Source of the DNA: Gemmatimonadales bacterium
GTDB taxonomy: Bacteria > Gemmatimonadota > Gemmatimonadetes > Longimicrobiales > Gaopeijiaceae
Assembly (NCBI GenBank): GCA_007692605.1
Contig: REBS01000118.1
Location: 45,532 to 109,531 of the forward strand
Length of the DNA stretch: 64,000 bases
Reading direction: 5' to 3'
Notes under the pieces: generated by a model
What the model saw: only the letters and a program-made list of their open reading frames with translations
Told to the model about the DNA's origin: nothing
Database searches by the model: none
Shown here: positions 1 through 8,408 of the stretch, piece after piece
Layout: each line of letters opens with the position of its first letter
How positions within the stretch are numbered: the first letter of the stretch is position 1
Program-made: the position numbers and the translations under genes

Positions 1-1235
1 CCCACTTCGACCCCGAACTGGGCGGTCTGGACTGGGACGGAGTTCGTGACGAGCTGCGCCCGCAGGCCGTGTCGGCCAACTCGATGCCCGAGTTGCGCCG
101 TGTGCTGCGCTCGATGCTCGACCGGCTGGGGGAATCCCACTTCGCCATCCTCGACGGTGTCGCCGCCGACGCCCTCGACTCGGGCGGGGATCCCGAGGCC
201 GTGGGAGACGCCGACCCCGGGGTCACCCTTCGGCTGGTGGAGGGTCGTGTGCTCGTGAGCCGGCTGCGGCCCGACAGCCCCGCCTTGCAGGCGGGAGTCG
301 GCGAGGGCTGGGAGGTGGTGCGCGTCGGAGAGCTGCCGGTCTCGGAACTCACACTCGAGATCCAGGAGGCGCTCGCCGCCCGGGAGGACCGGGACCGGCT
401 CCTTCCGCTCTATGTTCCCGCCGCCGTCGAAGCCCGCCTTCGGGGCCCCTCGGGGACCGACGTCGAGGTCGAGTTCCGCGATGGAGCCCGGCAGCAGCAC
501 CTCTTTGACCTGTCCCGGGACGAACCGGGGGGGACCCGGGTGACCTTCGGGAACCTGGGCACCATTCGCGTCGAGGTGACCTCCGAAGCCATCCCACTCT
601 CCACGGGGAGCCCGGACGCAGGCCTGATCCGACTCTCGTCGTGGTTCCCGGTGATCGTGCCCGCCATCGCCGAGGCCGTGGACACCCACCGCCAGGCGAG
701 TGGACTGATCTTCGATCTGCGCGGCAACCCGGGCGGGGTCGGAGGCCTCGTCATGGGGATCGCCGGCCATCTCTTCGACGAGTCCGTTCACCTGGGGGAA
801 CTCACGACGCGGGAGAGCACGCTGCGCTTCGCCGTGAACCCTCAGCGCGTGGGTCCCGACGGGTCCCGGGTCACCCCCTTCGCGGGTCCGGTCGCGATCC
901 TGGTGGACGGGCTCTCGGTGAGCACGTCCGAGATCTTCGCGGGTGGACTGCAGGCACTGGGTCGGGCTCGCATCTTCGGCGAGCCCACCCCGGGACAGGC
1001 GCTTCCCGCGCTCATCGTCTCGCTCCCGAATGGCGATCGCCTGATGCACGCGATCGCCGACTTCGCGGCCCCCGACGGTACCCGACTCGAGGGCCGTGGC
1101 GTCCTGCCGGACCACAGCGCTCCACTCACTCGCGAGGCGCTTCTTGAAGGTCGTGACCCCGCGCTCCAGGCCGCACTGGCATGGATCGAGGGCACGGCTC
1201 GTTCCGACCACCCGGGCACCCGCACCGATCCATAG
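1..1235 (+). CDS. S41 family C-terminal processing (tail-specific) peptidase, 5' end cut by the window edge
   Basis: The reading frame stays open back to position 3 (HFDPELGGLDWDGV...), so the ATG at 69 is internal. The motifs IFDLRGNPGGVGG and LSVSTSEIFAGG fit the S41 catalytic region. Confidence 0.8.
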   Translation, partial: HFDPELGGLDWDGVRDELRPQAVSANSMPELRRVLRSMLDRLGESHFAILDGVAADALDSGGDPEAVGDADPGVTLRLVEGRVLVSRLRPDSPALQAGVGEGWEVVRVGELPVSELTLEIQEALAAREDRDRLLPLYVPAAVEARLRGPSGTDVEVEFRDGARQQHLFDLSRDEPGGTRVTFGNLGTIRVEVTSEAIPLSTGSPDAGLIRLSSWFPVIVPAIAEAVDTHRQASGLIFDLRGNPGGVGGLVMGIAGHLFDESVHLGELTTRESTLRFAVNPQRVGPDGSRVTPFAGPVAILVDGLSVSTSEIFAGGLQALGRARIFGEPTPGQALPALIVSLPNGDRLMHAIADFAAPDGTRLEGRGVLPDHSAPLTREALLEGRDPALQAALAWIEGTARSDHPGTRTDP

Positions 1236-1276
1236 AGGCCGGTCGGACCCAGACTTCCTTCAGGAGAATGCACATC

Positions 1277-2080
1277 ATGAACGATTCCACGACCCTGCCG
1301 TCCCCCGCTGCCGGCATCCGCCGGTGTGCGGCAGCGATCCCGATGTTCCTACTGTTCACCCTTCTGGCCACGGGCCCGACCCACGCCCAGGACCTTCCGT
1401 CCGCCGACGACCTCATCGATCGCTATGTCGAACTCATCGGTGGAGAGGCGGCCTTCTCGGAGGTCGGATCGCACACCACCGGCACGATCAGCATGCCCGC
1501 GATGGGACTTCAGGGCACCTTCGAGATCTTTCAGTCGCCACCCGACCAGATGGTCATGCGGATGGACCTGCCGGGAATCGGCGAGATCCAGCAGGGCTAC
1601 AACGGCGAGGTGGGGTGGTCGCTCAACCCCCTGATGGGGCCGCAGGTCATGGAAGGGGCGGAGCTGGCGCAGACCCGCGAGCAGGCGGTCCTAGCCGCAG
1701 CCCTGCGCGATGCGTCGGTCGTGCCGGGCCGCGAGACCGTGGAGCAGTCGGAGTACGAGGGCGAAACCTGCTGGGTCGTGGCCCTCACCTGGGCGTCGGG
1801 ACGGGAGTCCACGGACTGCTATTCGACGGAGTCCGGTCTGCTCCTCGCCTCGGAGACGACACAGGCCTCGCCGATGGGAGAGATTCGCGCCACCACGATC
1901 TATCGGGACTACCGGGACTTCGACGGCCGACTCCTGCCCGGCCGGATGATTCAGCGGTCATCGGGCCAGGAGCAGATCCTGGAGGTGAGAACGGTGGAAT
2001 ACCGGGAGATCGCCCCCGATGAGTTCACGCTCCCCGCTCCCATCCAGACGCTCGTCGGATCGGAGGATGGCTCCCTCTGA
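1277..2080 (+). CDS. hypothetical secreted protein (signal peptide, unknown function)
   Basis: The ORF has a hydrophobic N-terminus ending AAIPMFLLFTLLATGPTHAQ. GGAG at 1263-1266 is spaced better for the ATG at 1277 than for the ATG at 1268. No catalytic motif recognised. Confidence 0.6.
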   Translation: MNDSTTLPSPAAGIRRCAAAIPMFLLFTLLATGPTHAQDLPSADDLIDRYVELIGGEAAFSEVGSHTTGTISMPAMGLQGTFEIFQSPPDQMVMRMDLPGIGEIQQGYNGEVGWSLNPLMGPQVMEGAELAQTREQAVLAAALRDASVVPGRETVEQSEYEGETCWVVALTWASGRESTDCYSTESGLLLASETTQASPMGEIRATTIYRDYRDFDGRLLPGRMIQRSSGQEQILEVRTVEYREIAPDEFTLPAPIQTLVGSEDGSL

Positions 2081-2237
2081 GCCCCTCTGCAGTCCCGGCA
2101 CGGCCCCCGGATCATTGACACCCCGGGGCTGAGCGCCCAATCTGAACCATTCCTGACATCATCGTTCCCCGATCGTCCCGCTCCGAACCTCCGGGGCGGG
2201 ACGACCGGCGGTCCCCGCAGCTTCAAGGAGTGGGTTC

Positions 2238-5231
2238 ATGGCTTCCCCCTCGTCACGCTTCGGTCCGGCCGGCCGCGCCGCCGGATCGATTCCGGGCTCG
2301 CGCCGCATCGGCACCGCGCTTTCAGCGGCCCTCGGGCTCCTGACCCTCCTGGCCGTGCTGCCCTCGGTCACCGCCGCTCAGCAGGCGGTCGACCAGCGGT
2401 ATACCGACCTGATCCACGAGTTCACGACCGAGGACTTCTTCCTGACCCCGCTCGTGGACCATCTGCCGGCCTCCGACCTGGTCCCCACGCCTCTGGATGT
2501 GATCGGATACATCAGCGGCACCCGTGACAGCCTCACCTACGCCGAGGACGTCCACCGGTACATGCGGGCCGTCGCAGACGTTTCGCCCCGGGTCACCGTC
2601 GAGACCATCGGGACCTCGGAAGAGGGTCGGGAGATCCTCCTGGTGCTCGTCTCCGACGAGCGCACGATCCAGGAGCTCGGAACCCACAAGGAACTCATGG
2701 GCCGTCTGGCGGACCCGCGGGGCATCTCGGAGGAGGAGGCCTCCGAAATCATCTCGACCGTCAAGCCGATGTACTGGGCCACCGGCGCGATCCACTCCTC
2801 GGAGACCGGATCTCCCGAGATGCTGATGGAGCTGGTCTACCGCCTGGCGGTCGACGAGGGGGAGTTCATCCGGACGATTCGCGACAACATGATCGTGATG
2901 GTCACCCCGGTCGTGGAGCCCGATGGTCGCAACAAGGTCGTGGATGTCCACATGGCCCCCCGCCGCAATCCGGACGGGATCAACCCGAACCGTACCCTCT
3001 ATTGGGGCCAGTACGTATACCACTCGAACAACCGTGACGGGATGTCCCTCTCGCTCAACCTCTCCAGGGCGATCACCGGGACCTACCTGGAGTACCACCC
3101 GATCGTGGTCCACGATCTGCACGAGTCGGCCTCGTATCTCTACACGTCGACGGGCCGGGGCCCGTACAACGCCTGGCTCGACCCCATGACGATCTCGGAG
3201 TGGAACCGGCTGGCCCACAAGGAAGTCCGGGAGATGACCGCCTTCGGGGTACCGGGGGTCTACACGCACGATTTCTATGACGGGTGGACCCCGAACTACA
3301 TGTTCTGGGTCGCGCACCTTCACAACTCGATCGGCCGCTTCTACGAGACGCAGGCCGCGCGCAACGCCGCGGACTATGTCCTGCGCACCAACGTCGACCG
3401 GGCCTGGCACCGCCCCAATACACCCCTGCGCGAGGTCGTCTGGTCGATCCGGAACAACACGAACCTCATGCAGAGTGCGCTCCTGATCGCACTGAACGAG
3501 GTCGCGAACAACCGCGAGGAATACCTCACCAACTTCTGGACGAAGAGCAAGCGTGCGGTGGCCAAGGCCCATATGGAAGGGCCCGCCGGATACGTCCTTC
3601 CCGGGGATGACCCCCGACCCGGTCAGCAGGCTCGACTCCTGCAGAATCTTCAGGGACACGGCATCGAGGTGCACCGCACCACGGCCTCGGTGACGATCGG
3701 CGACGACACCTTCCCGTCGGGCAGCTACGTGGTCCGGATGGATCAGCCCTACTCGCGGGGGGCCGACATGCTCCTCGATCGCCAGTACTACAGCCCCGAC
3801 GACCCGCGTCCGTACGACGATGTGGGGTGGACCTACGGCCCACTCTACAACGCCACCACGGTCCGCGTCGATGACGTGGAGCTTCTGGACGCCCCCATGC
3901 AGCGGGTGGAGGGCCGGGTGGCGCCCGAGGGCGGTGTGGTCGAAGCCGACAGCGACGCGACCGCGGCCTTCGTCATCCGCTACAACGCCGACAACAACCT
4001 CGCGGCCTTCCGGTTCGCCCACGGCGAGCTCTCGATGCAGGCTGCCCGCCAGGGCTTCGAGGCCGCCGGCGAGGACTTCGGTCCGGGAAGCTTCATCGTT
4101 CCGGTCGACGGAAACCCGGGCGACCTCGGGCAGCTTCTCGACGACGCCGGCCGGGAGTACGGATTCACCGCCCACGCCGTGACCAGCCTCCCCTCGGTGT
4201 CGACGCACGCGGTCGCCCTCCCGCGCATCGCGGTGGTCCACACCTGGCTGACGACCCAGAACGAAGGGTGGCTCCGGATCGGGCTCGATGAATACGGAAT
4301 CCCCTACGACTATGTCTCGGTACACGAGATCCGCGACACGCCGGATCTGGGAAGCCGCTGGGACGTGCTGCTCTTTGGTCCCTCGACGGGCAATGCGCTG
4401 CAGCACCTGCACGGGGTTCAGGGCGACGATCCCATCCCGTGGGAGGCCACCGAGGTCACCCCGAACATCGGTCGGCAGGCATCGACCTCCGACATCCGGG
4501 GCGGCCTGGAGCTCACCGGGATCATGAACCTGCAGCGCTTCGTCGAAGAGGGCGGAACGCTGATCACCCTGACCAACTCGAGCGCGCTGCCGATCCACTT
4601 CGGAATCGCTGCCGGAGTGGGTGAGCGCAACAGCTCCGACCTCTGGGCACCGGGAGGCGTATTCCGGGCCGATCGCACGGACGACTCCAGCCCCCTGGCC
4701 TACGGATACGGGGAGTCCCTGGGAGTCTACTTCAATCAGAACCAGAGCCCGCTGCTGACCGACGGCCGCTCCCGGCCCGGATCCCAGGTCGCGAGCCAGC
4801 CCGACGGAAGCACCACCCAGCGGCTCTCCAGCCGAGGTGGTGTGGACGAAGACGACGTGGTCCAGGGCCACGGTCGGGACTGGGGTCGGGAGAGCATCGA
4901 GGCCTGGGAGGCCCGTCAGGAGGAGGAGTCGACCGGAGGTGCTGGAGCCGGATGGGGTGGCGGTGGGTCGTCGAACGACGTGCGAACCGTCTTCCGGTAT
5001 CATTCCGAGCCGACGGAGCTTCTGATCTCGGGGGGCCTCGTGGCTCCGCGGGAGCTCACGGGCACCCCCGCGCTCATCGATGCGCGCATCGGCGAGGGGC
5101 ACGTCATCCTCTTCTCCTTCAACCCGTTCTGGAGGAGCGGGACCCTGGGCTCCTACGCGCTGGTCTTCAACGCGCTCCTGCACCACGGAAACCTGCACGC
5201 CGGGAGCGCGATCGCCGAGGAGGACCACTAA
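2238..5231 (+). CDS. large M14 family zinc carboxypeptidase-like protein (secreted)
   Basis: AAGGAG lies 8 nt upstream of the ATG and there is a signal peptide. M14 zinc motifs are present: IHSSETGS (HxxE), NNRDG and VHDLHES (third His). A long C-terminal extension includes a Gly-rich low-complexity patch. Confidence 0.85.
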   Translation: MASPSSRFGPAGRAAGSIPGSRRIGTALSAALGLLTLLAVLPSVTAAQQAVDQRYTDLIHEFTTEDFFLTPLVDHLPASDLVPTPLDVIGYISGTRDSLTYAEDVHRYMRAVADVSPRVTVETIGTSEEGREILLVLVSDERTIQELGTHKELMGRLADPRGISEEEASEIISTVKPMYWATGAIHSSETGSPEMLMELVYRLAVDEGEFIRTIRDNMIVMVTPVVEPDGRNKVVDVHMAPRRNPDGINPNRTLYWGQYVYHSNNRDGMSLSLNLSRAITGTYLEYHPIVVHDLHESASYLYTSTGRGPYNAWLDPMTISEWNRLAHKEVREMTAFGVPGVYTHDFYDGWTPNYMFWVAHLHNSIGRFYETQAARNAADYVLRTNVDRAWHRPNTPLREVVWSIRNNTNLMQSALLIALNEVANNREEYLTNFWTKSKRAVAKAHMEGPAGYVLPGDDPRPGQQARLLQNLQGHGIEVHRTTASVTIGDDTFPSGSYVVRMDQPYSRGADMLLDRQYYSPDDPRPYDDVGWTYGPLYNATTVRVDDVELLDAPMQRVEGRVAPEGGVVEADSDATAAFVIRYNADNNLAAFRFAHGELSMQAARQGFEAAGEDFGPGSFIVPVDGNPGDLGQLLDDAGREYGFTAHAVTSLPSVSTHAVALPRIAVVHTWLTTQNEGWLRIGLDEYGIPYDYVSVHEIRDTPDLGSRWDVLLFGPSTGNALQHLHGVQGDDPIPWEATEVTPNIGRQASTSDIRGGLELTGIMNLQRFVEEGGTLITLTNSSALPIHFGIAAGVGERNSSDLWAPGGVFRADRTDDSSPLAYGYGESLGVYFNQNQSPLLTDGRSRPGSQVASQPDGSTTQRLSSRGGVDEDDVVQGHGRDWGRESIEAWEARQEEESTGGAGAGWGGGGSSNDVRTVFRYHSEPTELLISGGLVAPRELTGTPALIDARIGEGHVILFSFNPFWRSGTLGSYALVFNALLHHGNLHAGSAIAEEDH

Positions 5232-5235
5232 CCCG

Positions 5236-6669
5236 ATGTCCCCACCCTCCGGATCCCCCTCGGCCCCCGGGCCGGGGGGGAGATCCCGGTCCGAGAACGG
5301 GTTTCCGGTGGTCGCCCCCGATGGAAGTACGGGCCGCTGGCATCGCAATCTGCACCGGTTCATCTCCTTTGCGGCGAGGACCTATTATCAGGTGACCGTT
5401 GCGGGGAGTCCGGTGCCCCCCCGGGGACCCGTCCTGATCGTGGCGAATCACCCGAACTCCCTTCTCGATGCCGCGCTCGTCTCGGCGGCGGCGGATCGCC
5501 CCGTGCGCTTCCTCGCCAAGGCGCCACTCTTCGAGAAGCGAAGCATCGGCTGGGCCGTGCGGGGACTGGGCGCACTTCCGATCTATCGCCGCGAGGACGC
5601 CCCGGAGCTCATGGGCCGGAACCGCGCCACCTTCGAGGCGGTGTGGAACGCTCTGGTCGAGGGCTCGGCGGTGGGAATCTTTCCGGAGGGACTTTCGCAT
5701 TCAGGGCCCTCCCTCGCGCCCCTGAAAACGGGGTCTGCGCGGATCGCGCTGGGCTCCATGAGGCTGATGGACGAGCCCTTCCCGATCCTTCCCGTGGGTC
5801 TCACCTTCCGGGGCGGCAAGGAGCGCTTCCGCTCCGAAGCGCTTCTTCTGATCGGAAAGCCGGTTCGATGGACCGATCTCGCCCGGAACGTTCAGGCGGA
5901 CGAAGACCTCGGCGAGGGGGCCGCCGCCGTCCGGGAGCTCACCGAGCGGATTCACGCCGGGCTCTCCCGGGTGACCGTCAACCTGGAACGGTGGGAGGAC
6001 CTTCCGGTCGTCGAGACGGCCGAGGCCGTTCATACCGCCGAGTTCGGGCGCGGCCACACCCAGAACCCCGTCCGATGGCTCGCCCGCATGCGGCGCACGG
6101 CGGTGGCCCTCGACGAGGCCCGCAAGCGGGATGCGTCGGGCGTCTCCGACCTCGCCGAGGAGCTCGAGAGCCATGCGCGCATCCTCGACGGCCTGGCACT
6201 CGACCCGCAGGATCTGCATACCCGACCCCGGGCATCGGTCGCCTGGCGCTGGACCCTCATGAACCTTGGGTTTTTCGGGGTCGCCGCCCCCCTCGCGCTG
6301 ATCGGGACGCTCATCTTCCTGCTCCCCTGGAGGATCGTGGGCTGGGCCGAGCCCCGATTCGACCTGCCGGACGACCGCAGGGCGACCTACAAGGTTCTGG
6401 GGGGAATCGTGACGCTCGGGCTGTGGGTGCTCCTGCTCGCGGCCCTGATCTTCTACGTGTGGGGATGGCGATTCGCCGTGGGCTCCCTCGTGATCCTCCC
6501 CCTGCTCGGCCTGCTCACCCTGCGGATCCGGGAGCGCTGGGGAGACGCGGCCGGAGACCTCCGCCGCTTTCTCGTACTGAAGGGCCGCAACGATATCCGC
6601 AGTCGACTTCTGGAGCGCCAGCGCGAGCTTGCAAAGCAGATCCGGAGCCTGCAGGCTGAGCTCGGTTGA
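5236..6669 (+). CDS. lysophospholipid (1-acyl-glycerol-3-phosphate type) acyltransferase with a C-terminal membrane domain
   Basis: Contains the acyltransferase HX4D block (ANHPNSLLD) and FPEGLSHSG, with C-terminal TM helices. The ATG at 5236 follows the upstream stop. The longer ORF from 5080 overlaps the previous gene and is not supported. Confidence 0.8.
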   Translation: MSPPSGSPSAPGPGGRSRSENGFPVVAPDGSTGRWHRNLHRFISFAARTYYQVTVAGSPVPPRGPVLIVANHPNSLLDAALVSAAADRPVRFLAKAPLFEKRSIGWAVRGLGALPIYRREDAPELMGRNRATFEAVWNALVEGSAVGIFPEGLSHSGPSLAPLKTGSARIALGSMRLMDEPFPILPVGLTFRGGKERFRSEALLLIGKPVRWTDLARNVQADEDLGEGAAAVRELTERIHAGLSRVTVNLERWEDLPVVETAEAVHTAEFGRGHTQNPVRWLARMRRTAVALDEARKRDASGVSDLAEELESHARILDGLALDPQDLHTRPRASVAWRWTLMNLGFFGVAAPLALIGTLIFLLPWRIVGWAEPRFDLPDDRRATYKVLGGIVTLGLWVLLLAALIFYVWGWRFAVGSLVILPLLGLLTLRIRERWGDAAGDLRRFLVLKGRNDIRSRLLERQRELAKQIRSLQAELG

Positions 6670-6715
6670 TCCGGATCTCAGCACACTGACCCTTCTCATA
6701 ATCGGGAGTTCGTCG

Positions 6716-8320
6716 ATGCCCATCCATCCCTTCCCCCGCTTCCATTCCGGTACGTCGGCCACGCGCCCCGTACGGGACGTCATGCTCTGCCTGCTGGTCC
6801 CCCTGCTCCTGCTCGCCGGTTGCGGGGACCCGCTGCCGGAGCCCGACCCGATCAGTGAAGAGGCGCTCGCCGCCCTCCCCACCGAGACCCCGCTGGCCAG
6901 GGTGGACCATTCCGAGCTCACGCTTCACGAACCGTTGATCGAGTTCGTGGAGGCCCTCGCGGCGAGCCCCCGGGTGAGGGTGGACACGCTGGGGACCTCG
7001 GTCGAAGGTCGTACGATTCCCTATCTCAAGATCGGCCTCGGGGAGTTCGGAGCGAGCCGTGAGGACAAGGTCCTCGTGCTCGCCTACGCCCAGCAGCACG
7101 GAAACGAGCCGGCCGGGAAGGAGGGCGCGCTGGAGCTGGCGCTCGAGCTGGCCCGCGGGGACCACGACGAGCTTCTCCGACAGGTGGATCTCATCCTCGT
7201 TCCACAGGTGAATCCGGACGGTGGCGAGATCCACCAGCGCCAGAACGCCGAAGGCGTCGACCTGAACCGAAGCCACCTGATCCTCGACGGCCCCGAAGCC
7301 CGGGCCCTCCGTGAGCTCTTCCACCGGTGGGAGCCCGAGGTGGCGGTCGACATCCACGAGTACAACCCCTGGAGCGGGGCCTGGCTCGACGAAGGGTGGC
7401 TCCGGCTCTTCGACATGCAGATCGGCCTTCCCACGAACCTGAACGTCCCCGACGACATCCGCGCCCTCGCGCATGACGGCTTCCTGGCCTTCGCCACCGA
7501 GGCTCTGGAAGGAGAGGGCTTCACCGCGCACAACTACATCGTAGGGAGCCCCGAGTCCCTCCGCTGGTCGACGACCAATGTGAACGACGGGCGTCAGGGG
7601 CTCGCCATCCTCAACACCCTGTCGTTCATCTTCGAGGGGAAGCGCTCCGAGCCGCTGGCCGAAGACATGGAGCGGAGAGCCGAAGCGCAGCGACTCACCC
7701 TCGAGTCGCTCCTGCGGTTCTCGGCCGAAAACCGAACCGAGATTCTGAATACGGTGCGCGGCGCGCGCGAGCGGATCCGGCAGGGCGAGGTCGAGGACTT
7801 CATTCTCACCATGCGGCGGGAGGCCGGGGACGGCCCCCTCGAGATCCCCGTCGAATCGGTCCGGCGCGACGATGACGGTGAGTGGGTCGTCGGCGACACG
7901 GTGACGGCCCGGATCGAGGGGTGGATGCCCGAGATCGTCGCCGACCGGGTGATCCCGCTTCCGCCGGCGTACCTGATTCCGGCCGGTCAGGAGGAGGTGA
8001 TCGCCCTGCTCGAAGCGCACCAGGTGGAGATGGAGGCCCTCGATCCCGACATGAACCTCACGGTGGAGCAGTTGACCATTCTCGGGTTCATCCCCCACGA
8101 CCTGGAGGGCATGGTCGAGATTCCCGAAACCCGGGCCCAGGAGGGAAGCTACCGGACGGTGCAGGGCGATGTGCTGGTGCGCACCGCGCAGCTGCGGGGG
8201 CTGATGGTGGCGACCGCGCTCGAGCCGGAGTCCATGCACAGCCTCCTGCGCTACGATCGCTTCGAATCCCTCGCGACCGAAGGGCCCTTCCCGATCTTCC
8301 GGGTGACCGCCCTCCCCTGA
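6716..8320 (+). CDS. M14 family zinc carboxypeptidase, probable lipoprotein
   Basis: GGGAG lies 7 nt upstream of the ATG at 6716. Lipobox LLLLAGCG is present. M14 motifs are QQHGNEPAG (HxxE), DLNRSH and VDIHEY. Confidence 0.85.
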   Translation: MPIHPFPRFHSGTSATRPVRDVMLCLLVPLLLLAGCGDPLPEPDPISEEALAALPTETPLARVDHSELTLHEPLIEFVEALAASPRVRVDTLGTSVEGRTIPYLKIGLGEFGASREDKVLVLAYAQQHGNEPAGKEGALELALELARGDHDELLRQVDLILVPQVNPDGGEIHQRQNAEGVDLNRSHLILDGPEARALRELFHRWEPEVAVDIHEYNPWSGAWLDEGWLRLFDMQIGLPTNLNVPDDIRALAHDGFLAFATEALEGEGFTAHNYIVGSPESLRWSTTNVNDGRQGLAILNTLSFIFEGKRSEPLAEDMERRAEAQRLTLESLLRFSAENRTEILNTVRGARERIRQGEVEDFILTMRREAGDGPLEIPVESVRRDDDGEWVVGDTVTARIEGWMPEIVADRVIPLPPAYLIPAGQEEVIALLEAHQVEMEALDPDMNLTVEQLTILGFIPHDLEGMVEIPETRAQEGSYRTVQGDVLVRTAQLRGLMVATALEPESMHSLLRYDRFESLATEGPFPIFRVTALP

Positions 8321-8335
8321 GCGAAAAACGAAACG

Positions 8336-8363
8336 GGGCGGGTCCAGCAGCGGACCCGCCCCG
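8336..8363 (-). terminator. intrinsic terminator hairpin between convergent genes
   Basis: GGGGCGGGTCC-agcagc-GGACCCGCCCC forms a perfect 11-bp stem. The A-rich tract on the + strand side (gaaaaacgaaac) gives a U-rich tail for the minus-strand S9 peptidase transcript. Confidence 0.6.
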
Positions 8364-8408
8364 TCGCGATCGAATGCCCGGCCTTCTCATCGAGGCCGAC
8401 CAACCTGC

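Noticed and set aside
2115-2143. Sigma-70-like promoter TTGACA-N17-CAATCT upstream of the large M14 gene.
   Set aside because: The -35 is perfect but the -10 is poor. Promoter consensus for this unidentified lineage is unknown, so the evidence is too weak to list as a feature.
2322-5363. Very long antisense or off-frame ORFs: 2322-5363 (-, 1013 aa), 6515-8239 (-), 8499-10286 (+), 15777-18251 (-, 824 aa), 41382-44981 (-, 1199 aa), 32287-34458 (+), 38343-40238 (+), 49590-51107 (-), 58472-60058 (-) and others.
   Set aside because: Each lies opposite to, or out of frame with, a gene that has clear family motifs. Their translations are Arg/Pro/Gly-rich low-complexity strings typical of stop-codon-poor GC-rich DNA, and none shows a recognisable motif.
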